A program made the position numbers and the translations under genes. The notes beneath the pieces were generated by a model. It saw only the letters and a program-made list of their open reading frames with translations. It was not told the origin of the DNA and ran no database searches. Of a stretch of DNA of 64,000 bases, positions 20,152 to 30,748 are shown one piece after another (position 1 is the first letter of the stretch; each line of letters begins with the position of its first letter). Source of the DNA: an uncultured virus (IMG/VR IMGVR_UViG_3300042860_003432) (taxonomy: Duplodnaviria > Heunggongvirae > Uroviricota > Caudoviricetes); the IMG/VR virus record IMGVR_UViG_3300042860_003432, one strand, 5' to 3'.

Positions 20152-20929
20152 ATTTTTCAGCTTCTGCTCTAAGAGCCATATAATCGTTGTACATATTTGT
20201 TTTTACAAAGAAATTCTTCATTCCAGTTTCAGCAAGGCGGCAATATGTTGGAATATCCAGTCCAGCTACACCTCTTTTTACTGTAAGAGAATTGTGATGT
20301 AGAATACAGGCTCTATCAACTACACCAATCTTATATCCAAGTTTTTTAGCAGTCAGAGCAAACAGCCAATCTGGTCCCCATCCGTACATAAGGTCCGAAT
20401 CTATATTTCCAACCGCTTCAATCAATCTACGAGAAATAAGAGGGCACTGAAAATCGGAATATACAACTTGTCTTATTTCCTTAGAACATCTGCTATGCAT
20501 TCCTTTCCAATGACATTGTTGATTTGGTTCTATGTTATAGAAAGATGGAGCAACAATATCATACTTTATTTCTAGACTTCCCCACTTTCCGGCGAATATC
20601 TCATCGAACATTTCTTCTCTTAGCGTTCTTACAAACTCATATGGATGAATTGTAAGGTCATTGCTAAGAAACAATAAAGAATCATATTGCGGATTTTCTT
20701 TTACAAACTCCATCGAGGCATTCAATCCGCCTCCAAAATATACATTTGTTTCCAACTGAAATGAAGTATATTTGCTTCTACCTTCAGGTTTAGATGCGTT
20801 ATCTAATACAAACAACTCATAATCGTCTCTTTCATACGGCTTTAGAGACTCATACAGCATATCTGTATAGTCTGGTAAGTTGTGATTTAGAATGATTGCG
20901 GCGGTTTTACCCATAACTGGTTCCTCCAT
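20144..20929 (-). CDS. GT2-like glycosyltransferase
   Basis: IILNHN, VLDNAS, NVYFGGGLN, FLSND, GWGPD. Confidence 0.8.
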   Translation of the reverse strand: MEEPVMGKTAAIILNHNLPDYTDMLYESLKPYERDDYELFVLDNASKPEGRSKYTSFQLETNVYFGGGLNASMEFVKENPQYDSLLFLSNDLTIHPYEFVRTLREEMFDEIFAGKWGSLEIKYDIVAPSFYNIEPNQQCHWKGMHSRCSKEIRQVVYSDFQCPLISRRLIEAVGNIDSDLMYGWGPDWLFALTAKKLGYKIGVVDRACILHHNSLTVKRGVAGLDIPTYCRLAETGMKNFFVKTNMYNDYMALRAEAEKYE

Positions 20930-21332
20930 TGAATATTTTCATTTTGATACTTTTGCCAGACATCTCGGCGGGTTCTATAAAGAACTTCTTGTCTGGTTGC
21001 GTAATGCTAAAAAACAGCTCAAGTTCTTCTTCGTCATCCGCAAACATCATAAACGATTCTTCTGTTCCACTTTCTCTGCATTTGAACAGGTTGTATTTCG
21101 TAGTTGCTACAGTAGTATATCCTTCTCTATGCTTCATTGCCTCGGATATAATCATAAATTCGGCTGCAATGATTGCTGCTACTTGTATAGTTGTTACAAT
21201 ATTAGTGCGCCAAGTGTCATTCAGTATAGCGTCCTTTATATAGAATAAAGACATACCCATTAGCGGCAGACCAATGATGGAAAATATAACCATCAAATAA
21301 AAATACAAACTTTTCTTTGGTTTAGAAGTCAT
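20907..21332 (-). CDS. membrane hypothetical protein
   Basis: Two N-terminal hydrophobic helices; TTGACA-N16-TATGAT upstream. Confidence 0.6.
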   Translation of the reverse strand: MTSKPKKSLYFYLMVIFSIIGLPLMGMSLFYIKDAILNDTWRTNIVTTIQVAAIIAAEFMIISEAMKHREGYTTVATTKYNLFKCRESGTEESFMMFADDEEELELFFSITQPDKKFFIEPAEMSGKSIKMKIFNGGTSYG

Positions 21333-21380
21333 ACGATATTTAAATCATAGCTAATTATGCCATATTGTCAATCTATAGTA

Positions 21381-22259
21381 TTATATGGATTTTATTATAT
21401 CTATGATTTGTTGAGCACGAGTTTCTGCACGATGATGTACATTTACTTTGCTGTATATTCTTTCTGCCATAGTTTCACGAACATATTCGTTATTTAACAA
21501 ATACTCTATTTTTTCAACAGCTTCTTTTGGAGTAGAATAATACATTATATCTTTACCATCTACAAATAGGTCATATATCCCCGTGGATGTAGATATTCTA
21601 TTTGTAACTACGGCAAGTTTGCAGCCGCCCGCCTCAAATAATCTACGAGTTACTTCGTCGTATCTGGCATACTGAAACGCAACTGTGCCAGAATTATAAA
21701 ATGATGTATTTTCTTGAGCAGGTATTTTTTTGTTTATGAACTTATCACCAAGCGCAGATTGAACATAATCCACACCGGGTCTATCTCCACAAGTTGTGAT
21801 ACATACGTTCTTTCTGGGAATTTCTTCTTTATATTTAAATAAAAACTCATCTCCCCAGTGGTTGAGCCAATGAACGTGTTTAAATCCCATCTCCTTATAT
21901 CTTGCACAACATCTCGCGTCCGGTGTATATATCGCATCCGCTATTTTTGCTCGCTCAAATCCCTGACCAAATGTCTGTGGCTCGTCTCCCATATCAAGTA
22001 TCAGTTTTGTTTTACTAATAGTCTTTAGTTTATTTAGAGAACTATCGAGAGAAGGCGATGTCCAAGGCCAAAAAACGCTTACGAAGTCATATTTTTCTAT
22101 ATTTGGATACAATCTATCCAAATTACAGTTAGCGGCATCAAACTTATATACATCTACGTTATGTCCCAATCGCTTGAAGGCAAATGAAAGTCCGAGAGGA
22201 CAGTTCCAATACTCCTCTGGTTGATTTTCATCTCCGTGCCACAACATTGCTATGTTCAT
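21381..22259 (-). CDS. GT-B glycosyltransferase (CgeB-like)
   Basis: RRLFEAGGC..., LFVDGKDIMYY, KIEYLL...RETMA. Confidence 0.8.
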   Translation of the reverse strand: MNIAMLWHGDENQPEEYWNCPLGLSFAFKRLGHNVDVYKFDAANCNLDRLYPNIEKYDFVSVFWPWTSPSLDSSLNKLKTISKTKLILDMGDEPQTFGQGFERAKIADAIYTPDARCCARYKEMGFKHVHWLNHWGDEFLFKYKEEIPRKNVCITTCGDRPGVDYVQSALGDKFINKKIPAQENTSFYNSGTVAFQYARYDEVTRRLFEAGGCKLAVVTNRISTSTGIYDLFVDGKDIMYYSTPKEAVEKIEYLLNNEYVRETMAERIYSKVNVHHRAETRAQQIIDIIKSI

Positions 22260-23080
22260 AGTTTTTCAAGTATCTTATCCACCGCCTGAAATATAGTGTA
22301 TTTTTGACGAAATCCAAGATTTCTTATCTTTTCGCAATCCATAAAGAAGTTCGGTGCTTGAACTATTTGATGAAACTCTGGTACATCAACGTATGTTATT
22401 TTACTTGTAGATCCGGTTTTTTTGATTGCATAATCAATGATTTCGACAAGTTTAATGCTTTCTTCTGTACCTATGTTATATATTTCATTCAATTTTCCAC
22501 TGTAAGTCACCAAGTTTATCGCAGCGCATACATCTTCAACGTGCATGAAGTTTCTGTAATTGTCACCTTTGTATATGCTTACTGGCTCGTTTCTGACAAT
22601 GTTTCCGATAAGATATTCCAATGCGTTTTTCTTTTTTCCTGCACCAACATCTCCGCCAATTACATTACACAAACGTAATATTCTATAATTTCTGTGGAAT
22701 GTGCGGCAAAACGACTCTGTTAAGTCTTCTGCTGTTTTTTTGGTGATTGAATAAAATCCTTTGGGATTACACGGGTCTCCTTCCTTGGCTGGGCGATATT
22801 TGGTGTATCCCTCGCCATATACAAACCAGCTACTTACAAAGTTGAACGTGCCTTGAACGTTTGGCAATACATCCATTAGCTTATTGAGATTGGTATTGAT
22901 ATCCTTATGAAGATCATCAAAGACATGATAATTGTGAGTTGTGCTAATAAGATACAGCACATCTTTCAAATTCTCGGACCAATTTTCGTCGCGAGGCATT
23001 ATTATGCTTTTTTGCGGATATAGTTTGGCAAAATTGCTGCCAACAAATCCAGAGCCGCCGAATATTGTTAGTTCGTCCAT
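22256..23080 (-). CDS. NAD-dependent epimerase/dehydratase
   Basis: GGSGFVG, SSWFVYG, YSITK (YxxxK), RNFMHVED. Confidence 0.9.
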   Translation of the reverse strand: MDELTIFGGSGFVGSNFAKLYPQKSIIMPRDENWSENLKDVLYLISTTHNYHVFDDLHKDINTNLNKLMDVLPNVQGTFNFVSSWFVYGEGYTKYRPAKEGDPCNPKGFYSITKKTAEDLTESFCRTFHRNYRILRLCNVIGGDVGAGKKKNALEYLIGNIVRNEPVSIYKGDNYRNFMHVEDVCAAINLVTYSGKLNEIYNIGTEESIKLVEIIDYAIKKTGSTSKITYVDVPEFHQIVQAPNFFMDCEKIRNLGFRQKYTIFQAVDKILEKL

Positions 23081-24378
23081 GTTGATAATACGGTTTCAAT
23101 ATGATTTAGATTATCCGAAGATATTGTTGGAGCACAGCCTAAAAAGAATACAAGATCAAGAACTTTGTTTGATTCTGGATATTTCTTATAATCGTCGAGA
23201 TGCTTGTATCCATTATGCACAAGCAAGTTTCCAGCAAAATAGTTTCTTGTCTGAACACCGTTCTTTTCCAAGAACGTAACGAGCGTTTCTTTTTGCTTTT
23301 TATCTCTGCAAATAATAGGCACGCCAAAAGGAACCCAATCTGTTTCAGCAAATGTGTTTGGAAAATTCAAACCATCGACATACTTCTTCAATGCAGATTG
23401 TATTGCGTCTTTATTAGATTGTCTTGTCTTACAGATATAATCAAGTTTCTTTAACTGCTCTAGTCCTATAGCGCCTTGGAGGTCCAGCGGTTTCAAGTTC
23501 CAGCCGATTCTATTAAACACATATTTATGATCAATGATAAGCTCTGGGAACTCTGGTAACCAGTTTGAAAATCTCTTATTACACGAACCGTTACACAACA
23601 AGTTGGCTGCTCCCACGCAATAGCAATCTCTACCCCAAGTAGCAAAACTTCTGGCCAAATCAACAATTTCCTGTATATCCGAGGATACCATTCCACCTTC
23701 AAGTGTTGTTATTTCGTGTGCTGGATAAAAAGAACAACTGGATACTACGGCATATTCGTTCAAATATTTCCCTCGCCACTTAGAACCAAGAGAATCGCAA
23801 TTATCCAACAAAAGTTTAAGGTTATGCTTTTTGGTAATAGCGAGCATTTCATCCATGTCAGGAGGATTCCCCAATACTGGACTCAAAAATACTGCTCTGG
23901 TTTTTTCATTTATCTTTTCTTCGATCTTTACCAAATCAAAGTTCAATGTAGACCATTCAATGTCTATAAACACAGGCTTTAGATTATTGTGTACAATTGC
24001 AGATACAGTAGTTGGAAATCCTACCGCAGAAACAATGATTTCATCGCCATCTTTCCATCCAAAATACTCTTTGCACGCAGCAATCAATAGTAAGTTGGCA
24101 CTTGATCCGCTATTGCAAAAGAACGAAAACTTATTATTGATATGTCTTCCAAACTCTCGCTCAAATCTTGCACAAGTTTCTCCGGACGAAGACCATTTGC
24201 CAAAAAGCAAAGTTTCTATCGCAGCAACAAGTTCTGTTTCATCAAAGTATGGGCCAGAATAATACACTCTCTTTTTGTCTTTCGCCACAAGATTGTGGGC
24301 AAATTTGGGAACAACCCCGTGTTTTTGTTGCATGCTAGCAACAAATTCTTGTATGTCTTTAGTATAGTCTGAATTCAT
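23068..24378 (-). CDS. rfbH: CDP-4-keto-6-deoxyglucose 3-dehydrase (RfbH/DdhC-like, DegT family)
   Basis: NSGSSANLL, GFPTT, DNCDSLGS, SFYPAH (His at the usual Lys), GRDCYC..C Fe-S motif, QTRNYFAGNL. Confidence 0.85.
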   Translation of the reverse strand: MNSDYTKDIQEFVASMQQKHGVVPKFAHNLVAKDKKRVYYSGPYFDETELVAAIETLLFGKWSSSGETCARFEREFGRHINNKFSFFCNSGSSANLLLIAACKEYFGWKDGDEIIVSAVGFPTTVSAIVHNNLKPVFIDIEWSTLNFDLVKIEEKINEKTRAVFLSPVLGNPPDMDEMLAITKKHNLKLLLDNCDSLGSKWRGKYLNEYAVVSSCSFYPAHEITTLEGGMVSSDIQEIVDLARSFATWGRDCYCVGAANLLCNGSCNKRFSNWLPEFPELIIDHKYVFNRIGWNLKPLDLQGAIGLEQLKKLDYICKTRQSNKDAIQSALKKYVDGLNFPNTFAETDWVPFGVPIICRDKKQKETLVTFLEKNGVQTRNYFAGNLLVHNGYKHLDDYKKYPESNKVLDLVFFLGCAPTISSDNLNHIETVLSTWTN

Positions 24379-24383
24379 AACTT

Positions 24384-25100
24384 TTATGGTAAAGATTTAT
24401 TGTTTTCAAAGTCCGCCGGGGCGTCGCTCATATATATATGCGAAGGATACAAATCACTGTGGTGACTTTTTGGATGAGAACTGTGGAAAGAGAATGGATT
24501 AAATTCCGGCGATTCTCCTATCCAAAATTCATAATAAAATCTGTCAAATATTTGAGGAGGTGTTCTCAACGTTCTTGCGTATTGGGATGTCGTCCACCAC
24601 ATATTACCAGAAAAATGAGGAGATACACGTTTGCTGCAATTTATTCCCGCACAATTATATTTACCAGAGCGGAGAATAGTAGCACAATCTTTGTATCTGG
24701 TTATATAAAAATAGTTTAGAAGATTTCTCCAATCCGTTTCTTGTGGCCGAGACTGCGTCGTTCCTTTGGTATGCACATAAAGAATTAAAGAATCATTTGT
24801 TTTTGAAAAATCCGACGCTCCTTTTATTCCATTATATACCGTATTATATTTCTCTAGATTACCATTCGGGTTTAAAAACTCTCCAACGTTGCTGGGGGTT
24901 GTAATTTTTACAACCACCTTCGGTTTGTTTAAAATAATCTGCCGATACTCTTCTATTTCGGCGTCTCCGCCGATTAAATACGCATAAATTTGTTCACATT
25001 CATCATACAACCCAGACTTATGCATTAATTCAAACTGTTCTGTTACAACTTCTCTCCAATTATTAATCAAATAGCAATGATAGAATACGTTAATTTTCAT
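24384..25100 (-). CDS. putative glycosyltransferase-associated protein
   Basis: FYHC, LYVHTKG, HFSGNMWW, E.WIG motifs; sits inside the glycan cluster. Confidence 0.55.
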   Translation of the reverse strand: MKINVFYHCYLINNWREVVTEQFELMHKSGLYDECEQIYAYLIGGDAEIEEYRQIILNKPKVVVKITTPSNVGEFLNPNGNLEKYNTVYNGIKGASDFSKTNDSLILYVHTKGTTQSRPQETDWRNLLNYFYITRYKDCATILRSGKYNCAGINCSKRVSPHFSGNMWWTTSQYARTLRTPPQIFDRFYYEFWIGESPEFNPFSFHSSHPKSHHSDLYPSHIYMSDAPADFENNKSLP

Positions 25101-25821
25101 AGTTTTGTAATTTTTTAAATATATTTTCCCAATTTACGACGGGGCTCATGAAATCCGGTTCACAGTGTGTTGAATAACCCGGTATTGGATTGATCAGAGT
25201 TTTTCCCGTTGATGTAAGTTCATAAAACTTATCAAAGTCTCTCGTTAGACCGCCCGCAACATCGCAGTACTTTACGTGAATAGCAAAGTCCCGTTTGAAT
25301 GTTTTACCCAAACAAGCATATGTGTTTGTTGTATTAGGAATCGTTTTCCAGTGAACACTTGGCGTAAGTCCTACTTTTGACATAAGGTCTTCGTACATCT
25401 CAAAAAAATATTTATCGTTATGATCGTATAATGTTATATAGTCTACGTCAATATATTTAAATCCCTCTCTCAATATTTTTGGCCAACCTATATTATGTAG
25501 ATAATCATCTTCAACAAAATATAAAATATCATAGTCCGAGAAGTCGGATGCTTTGACTGTATCTAATAAGTTCAAAAAGCTTTTGGCATCATTTCCACCT
25601 TGCTTTTCATATAACTTGAACTTTCCTTTATACTTGTCGTTCTCCAAGAAATGCCCACTCCCCGTCAAAGTACCGTCAAAGCATATGTTTAGTTCACAGT
25701 CTGTATCAAGCGTATTGATAAAACTGTTGAAACAACCTTCTCTAGTAAACCAGCTTGGTCTGGCCTTATTGGCTGAGTTACTGGAGAACTTACAATGTCT
25801 GGCAAATATCCTTATTTTCAT
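25090..25821 (-). CDS. GT-A fold glycosyltransferase-like protein
   Basis: YFVEDDYLH, LYDH.DKY, PIPGYSTH. Confidence 0.7.
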   Translation of the reverse strand: MKIRIFARHCKFSSNSANKARPSWFTREGCFNSFINTLDTDCELNICFDGTLTGSGHFLENDKYKGKFKLYEKQGGNDAKSFLNLLDTVKASDFSDYDILYFVEDDYLHNIGWPKILREGFKYIDVDYITLYDHNDKYFFEMYEDLMSKVGLTPSVHWKTIPNTTNTYACLGKTFKRDFAIHVKYCDVAGGLTRDFDKFYELTSTGKTLINPIPGYSTHCEPDFMSPVVNWENIFKKLQNYEN

Positions 25822-27176
25822 ACTCGCTCAAATATTACAAAATTATTTTTGATCCACGAGACTGTTGACGCCATTCTGGCTTTTATAGACTCTTCCTTTA
25901 ACACAGCAAAACCTTTTTTCTCAAATATGGAAACGACTTCATTTATATTCTTTTCATTGAAATGCCCCCACCCTCCTTGACCACGGTATGCCCAGCTTAT
26001 GAAGAGATATTTATCGCAGTGTCTAACGATATTATCTATTGCGGCGTCTTCAAATTCGGCAGGTATATGCTCCAGTACTTCTATACACATCACAGTTCCT
26101 TTTTTGTTGAGGTCAAAAGGAGCCCCCAAATTATAGTCGAGAATATTTTTATATTCCAGATTTGAATGACTTGACGCATGCGGTTCAACTCCAATTAGTT
26201 CTAGTCCTTGTGTTCTTTCCGATATATATTTCAGAAAATAGCCAGTAGCGCAACCAAAATCCATTATTATTTTTTGATTTTTGTCTTTTAAGAATGTTAA
26301 CAAATAGTCCATTAACCCAGTATCCAAGTTTTCTGAATGATTTTCTGAACTATCGTTCCAGTTCCATGAACCTTTATCTAATATTTTTATACCCATAGCA
26401 CCATCGTCGGTGACGGAAAATTGCTTTAAATAAGGCTCAACGACCTCATACTCTCGGTTATCACCGAATATGACATCCTTTCCTCTAAAAGGTTTTTCAA
26501 ATTCTTCATGTACCAAAGCAATCCAGTTTTTATCTCTATTGTGACTCCATGCGGTAACTTTTTTTAACATCGCTTGCTTACTTCTTACCCACGAATAGTG
26601 ATGAATAAATGGCTTGCCGTCCAGCATACAATTTCTGGCTCTTTTCGGGCAGGCGTCGAATATACCAGATCGTTCGTGTTCATGAAATATTAAAGAATCA
26701 TCTCGTACCAAAGGTCCGTTTTTGACTAGAACAATTGAATCCTCCGTGTGCTTGGTTCTATACTTGAAATCTCTAAAATAAAAATAGTTGGCTATTTTAT
26801 AACCATCCAACATATTCCCACCTGCTTTTTGTTGAGAAAACCATTCAACGAATTTATCCGACTCAATTATTTCGTCAGTGTCCAACAACAAAAAATAATC
26901 AACATCCGATGATGCCAGCTCAAATCCAAGTTTTCTGGAAGCATTACAATGCCATCTAGAAGTCATTGATGGTTCATATGAAAATTCGACGAACTGAACT
27001 CCCGTATTTTCTCGAATGGATCGGCTTAATAGGTCTTTATTTTCTGGTGTTCCGTCGTGAAACCGATCACAGTATGGCACAATTATCTCCGATGAAAATG
27101 ATCTTACACCGTCTATACACGGTTTAAGATACATGTAGTCATTTGTACAGTAATTTATTATAGTTGCTATTTTCAT
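25818..27176 (-). CDS. GT2-like glycosyltransferase fused to class I SAM methyltransferase
   Basis: LLDTDE and HHYSWVR in the N-half; MDFGCATG and EVLEHI in the C-half. Confidence 0.8.
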   Translation of the reverse strand: MKIATIINYCTNDYMYLKPCIDGVRSFSSEIIVPYCDRFHDGTPENKDLLSRSIRENTGVQFVEFSYEPSMTSRWHCNASRKLGFELASSDVDYFLLLDTDEIIESDKFVEWFSQQKAGGNMLDGYKIANYFYFRDFKYRTKHTEDSIVLVKNGPLVRDDSLIFHEHERSGIFDACPKRARNCMLDGKPFIHHYSWVRSKQAMLKKVTAWSHNRDKNWIALVHEEFEKPFRGKDVIFGDNREYEVVEPYLKQFSVTDDGAMGIKILDKGSWNWNDSSENHSENLDTGLMDYLLTFLKDKNQKIIMDFGCATGYFLKYISERTQGLELIGVEPHASSHSNLEYKNILDYNLGAPFDLNKKGTVMCIEVLEHIPAEFEDAAIDNIVRHCDKYLFISWAYRGQGGWGHFNEKNINEVVSIFEKKGFAVLKEESIKARMASTVSWIKNNFVIFERV

Positions 27177-27180
27177 TATA

Positions 27181-27615
27181 TTATATGTTTATGTCGTCTA
27201 CACATACACCATGTATTTTGTGTGTATATCTATATGTTCTCATAAAAGTTTTATCAGGTAATACCAATATTCCACTGGAGGTATAATAATTTGGATATGC
27301 CCAAATAATTCCTTTGGACGTTAACGTGTATTTATCTTGGTCGTGCCAAAAACAATGCATTCCTATATCTCTTAATTTTTCCAATGCTTCTATGTTTTTG
27401 GCGTGGCACCATAAGTGCGATTCGTTCTGTTTTAAAAAAGACTCTTCAATTTTATATTGAGGAAAATCGTGCCCCAAAAACCAAACTCCATCAACTAATC
27501 TTACATCTATTTCTACATCAATACCCTTTGATATAACCAATTCAATTTGATCAGGTGTATTTTCCACACTGTGGTCTGGACCGTACAAATTTCCTCGGTG
27601 ACTTACTATAATCAT
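27181..27615 (-). CDS. PLC/GDPD-like phosphodiesterase (short)
   Basis: SHRGN, EN, DVEIDV, LGHD, WCHAKN. Confidence 0.75.
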   Translation of the reverse strand: MIIVSHRGNLYGPDHSVENTPDQIELVISKGIDVEIDVRLVDGVWFLGHDFPQYKIEESFLKQNESHLWCHAKNIEALEKLRDIGMHCFWHDQDKYTLTSKGIIWAYPNYYTSSGILVLPDKTFMRTYRYTHKIHGVCVDDINI

Positions 27616-27616
27616 A

Positions 27617-28984
27617 TTACTTTTTCAGATACAAGTCCAGGTCTTCTGGCGTACCCAGACCCCACATTTTGTCAACAGTGTATGTTTTAAAAATTTTTCC
27701 ATCAGCAATTGCTTCGTTATATACCGGACAAATATAAAACTCGTTGTTCACTCTTAGGTTTTTGGATATCATATTTTCGGCATACTTTACATAGTCTTGA
27801 CCCTTAGACCAGTAGTATATTCCCACCGAAGCCTTGTCCGATATTGGATTTTTTTCAGCAACCTCCGTTATGACTCCCATTTCATCTGTTTTACAAAAAG
27901 ACCATTTTGGGTGTGTGGAAGTGAATGTCAGAATACCACCGTCGATACCGTCGGCTTCCATACTATACATAAATTTGGAAGACTCCCATTCAACATATTG
28001 ATCCGAATTCGCAATCAAAAGTGGCTGTTCATTATCTATATACTCCTTTGCCAGCAAAGTTGTACAGGCGGCACCCTCAGTAACAGAGTCTATTTGTATT
28101 ATTTTACAACCCGGTGCAACATTGTTTAATACCGTTTCCAGACTATATCTGGAATAGTGTTCTTTCAATACCAAAAATATATAATTGGCTTCTATGTTTA
28201 TGTTTTCAACCACCAACTGTATCATCGGCTTTCCTTCAACGTCAATAAGTGGTTTTGGGAATGTATATCCAGCCTTCTCAAATCTGCTCCCTCTACCGGC
28301 CATAGGAACTAAAATATTCAGTTTATTATTTTTCCATTTCATAGAATTTTCTTTTTTGTTTAAAAAGTTATACGCGAACGAAATTATAGAATTGTCGTTT
28401 AAATCTTTTGGGCTACTAACTGGAAATAGCCTTGCTCCAGATGCTTCGGCGGCGGATCTTCCCACATAAGAGTCTTCAACTATTATAGTATTTTTTGGAG
28501 ATACGTTTGCTATTATCATCGCACGCAAAAAAATTTCAGGGCTTGGTTTTGAGTGAGAAACATCCTCGTTTGATAGAAAAAAATCCACGTATGGGATAAG
28601 TCCAAGTTTCAATAACGAAATGTTTACTGTCTGTCTGATAGAGTTGGAGCAGACGGCAATAGTATAACCAAGTTCTTTCAACTGTTTGAACTTATCTACA
28701 AGACTATCATTTTTTTCTACTGCACTCAACATTTCATACGTGAACAGTTGTTTATTTTTCCATACCTGCTCGTGAACATGCTCAGGTAATTGCTTATCTT
28801 TTTTCAGAAAATCCAATTTTGTCTTGGTACTCAATCCATCATATTTGAAGAGATGTTCTTTTCTGGATATGATATATCTATAATCTATTTGAGCCAACGC
28901 CTTATTCAAAGCATTATAATGAATTTCCTTGGCGTCTAACAACACGCCATCCAAATCAAATATAATTAAACGAGATGGTATCAT
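27617..28984 (-). CDS. HAD phosphatase fused to sugar-phosphate nucleotidyltransferase-like domain
   Basis: FDLDGVL, KPSPEIF, VEDS; then PMAGRGSRF..PKPLI, TEGAACT, ANSDQ, AEK, LGTPEDL. Confidence 0.9.
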   Translation of the reverse strand: MIPSRLIIFDLDGVLLDAKEIHYNALNKALAQIDYRYIISRKEHLFKYDGLSTKTKLDFLKKDKQLPEHVHEQVWKNKQLFTYEMLSAVEKNDSLVDKFKQLKELGYTIAVCSNSIRQTVNISLLKLGLIPYVDFFLSNEDVSHSKPSPEIFLRAMIIANVSPKNTIIVEDSYVGRSAAEASGARLFPVSSPKDLNDNSIISFAYNFLNKKENSMKWKNNKLNILVPMAGRGSRFEKAGYTFPKPLIDVEGKPMIQLVVENINIEANYIFLVLKEHYSRYSLETVLNNVAPGCKIIQIDSVTEGAACTTLLAKEYIDNEQPLLIANSDQYVEWESSKFMYSMEADGIDGGILTFTSTHPKWSFCKTDEMGVITEVAEKNPISDKASVGIYYWSKGQDYVKYAENMISKNLRVNNEFYICPVYNEAIADGKIFKTYTVDKMWGLGTPEDLDLYLKK

Positions 28985-29802
28985 TAATATACTTCAAATC
29001 CCCCGTAATTTATTTCTTTTTGCCAATCAGTTCTATCAAAATTCAACTTTACAGATTTTCCGTCTACGATTTGTATTGGATACCCAACGTCCTTCATTAT
29101 AATATCAAGTAAATCTTTTTTCTCTCTTGGAATAGCTACGTGATCACACGGATATTCATTGTTTATTCGGACCAGTATATAATCCAACGACAAAATTTTA
29201 TTGAGCAATGTTTCTGAACTCTGCCCAAAACAATTCAACCACTGGTTTTCGACTTCAATAAACATAATAGGTCTAGAATTTTGAATAAGTTTTTCGGCAC
29301 CTTCCAATAAAAATATCTCAGATCCTTGTACATCTATTTTCAAGAATGATACACCCGAACTTATAACTTCGTCAATTTTTATCATTTGTACTACATCCCC
29401 GCCACCACCAATTTTAGTTGCTCCTATATTAATTCCTTGAGGTCTATCTACGTCAACATAGTCCATTTGAATCATTTTGTTCTCATTCCCTAACGCCACA
29501 TTGAAACAAAATACATTTCGTAGGTCGTTGATGAATACATTACCACATAGCTGTTGATATATTACTCTCAATGGTTCAAATGCCAAAACTTTTCCGGCGG
29601 GTCCAACCATTTTTGCCATCGTTACTGCATGATATCCCAAGTTTGCTCCGCAATCCAAACAAATATCTCCGGGTTTTATTACGTTTTTGGCTACATTATA
29701 AAAATGTGGCTCAAAATCTCCATTGTTCATCAATGCCTGCCCCAGTGCGTCGTTTGGCAATATCAAAAACTTACCGTGTCTGGCTTCTATTATGTTTGGC
29801 AT
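28984..29802 (-). CDS. FkbM family methyltransferase
   Basis: LDCGANLGYH, AFEP, LKIDVQGSE. Confidence 0.9.
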   Translation of the reverse strand: MPNIIEARHGKFLILPNDALGQALMNNGDFEPHFYNVAKNVIKPGDICLDCGANLGYHAVTMAKMVGPAGKVLAFEPLRVIYQQLCGNVFINDLRNVFCFNVALGNENKMIQMDYVDVDRPQGINIGATKIGGGGDVVQMIKIDEVISSGVSFLKIDVQGSEIFLLEGAEKLIQNSRPIMFIEVENQWLNCFGQSSETLLNKILSLDYILVRINNEYPCDHVAIPREKKDLLDIIMKDVGYPIQIVDGKSVKLNFDRTDWQKEINYGGFEVY

Positions 29803-29803
29803 A

Positions 29804-30748
29804 TTATTTTATGAATACTTCTTCAAATTGCTTCATCACGTTGGATGGAGAAAATTTTAATGAATAACAATCCCAGTCTATATCTTTAACATACTCTTTG
29901 TCAATTTGTAATAAGTATGAAGTTAGTTCTTGTTCGTTTTTATATTTCAACGCCTTTTCACCAAGCATATGCAAGTGCGCTTTCATATACCACCCATATC
30001 CACCGTCATATGTAAGTACTGGTTTGTTGAAAGAAGAAAATTCCGCGACCGCCAACCCGAACGTTTCGCCGTCACTTCGAGCGTGTATCATGGCATCGCA
30101 CGTATTTATAAACTCACTTTTATACATCAAATTTGGATTGAATGGTAAAAATTTTACTTTTGGGTGAGAAACAAATGGTTTAGTATTCAAAAATACGGCA
30201 TATAAATCGTTTCTTTTTTCAATCGCAGTTATCAATGCTCGGTGCGCGATTTGTAAATCAAATTGATTGTATCCACCCAATCTTCCCAATACGAAAGCAT
30301 TTTTTGGTATTCCAAGTTCGTCGTGCAGACTTTCGTTTGTTTTTGGTAGATTTATTATATGCGGAACCCATAATGGCTGATTAAACATTTTTGCTAACCA
30401 TTCGCTTACGCCAGCGTATACATTGCCATGTGGTTCTGTCATACTGAATATACAGTGGATTGCGGTTTTACAATTTGATGGGGTAGTTCCTTCATTTTTT
30501 CCGCCCGCCTTTATCATATAAAACAGATCTATTTTTTCACGTTCTACCAGAATTGGAATCTCACTTTCATTTTCATATAGATGATAGTTCAACCCATCAA
30601 ACTTTTCCATTGGGCAAGTTGATTTTGATCTAGAACTCATTATGATTGGGTTATGACCAAGGCAGTCTCTTATTCCCATATAATAGTCGTATGGCACTGT
30701 ACCACAGCCTCGGTGATCAAGTTGTTCTACATGTATTGCTATTTTCAT
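29804..30748 (-). CDS. GT-B glycosyltransferase
   Basis: Start reassigned to MKIAIH at 30748; HARSDGETFGLAVAEF. Confidence 0.85.
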   Translation of the reverse strand: MKIAIHVEQLDHRGCGTVPYDYYMGIRDCLGHNPIIMSSRSKSTCPMEKFDGLNYHLYENESEIPILVEREKIDLFYMIKAGGKNEGTTPSNCKTAIHCIFSMTEPHGNVYAGVSEWLAKMFNQPLWVPHIINLPKTNESLHDELGIPKNAFVLGRLGGYNQFDLQIAHRALITAIEKRNDLYAVFLNTKPFVSHPKVKFLPFNPNLMYKSEFINTCDAMIHARSDGETFGLAVAEFSSFNKPVLTYDGGYGWYMKAHLHMLGEKALKYKNEQELTSYLLQIDKEYVKDIDWDCYSLKFSPSNVMKQFEEVFIK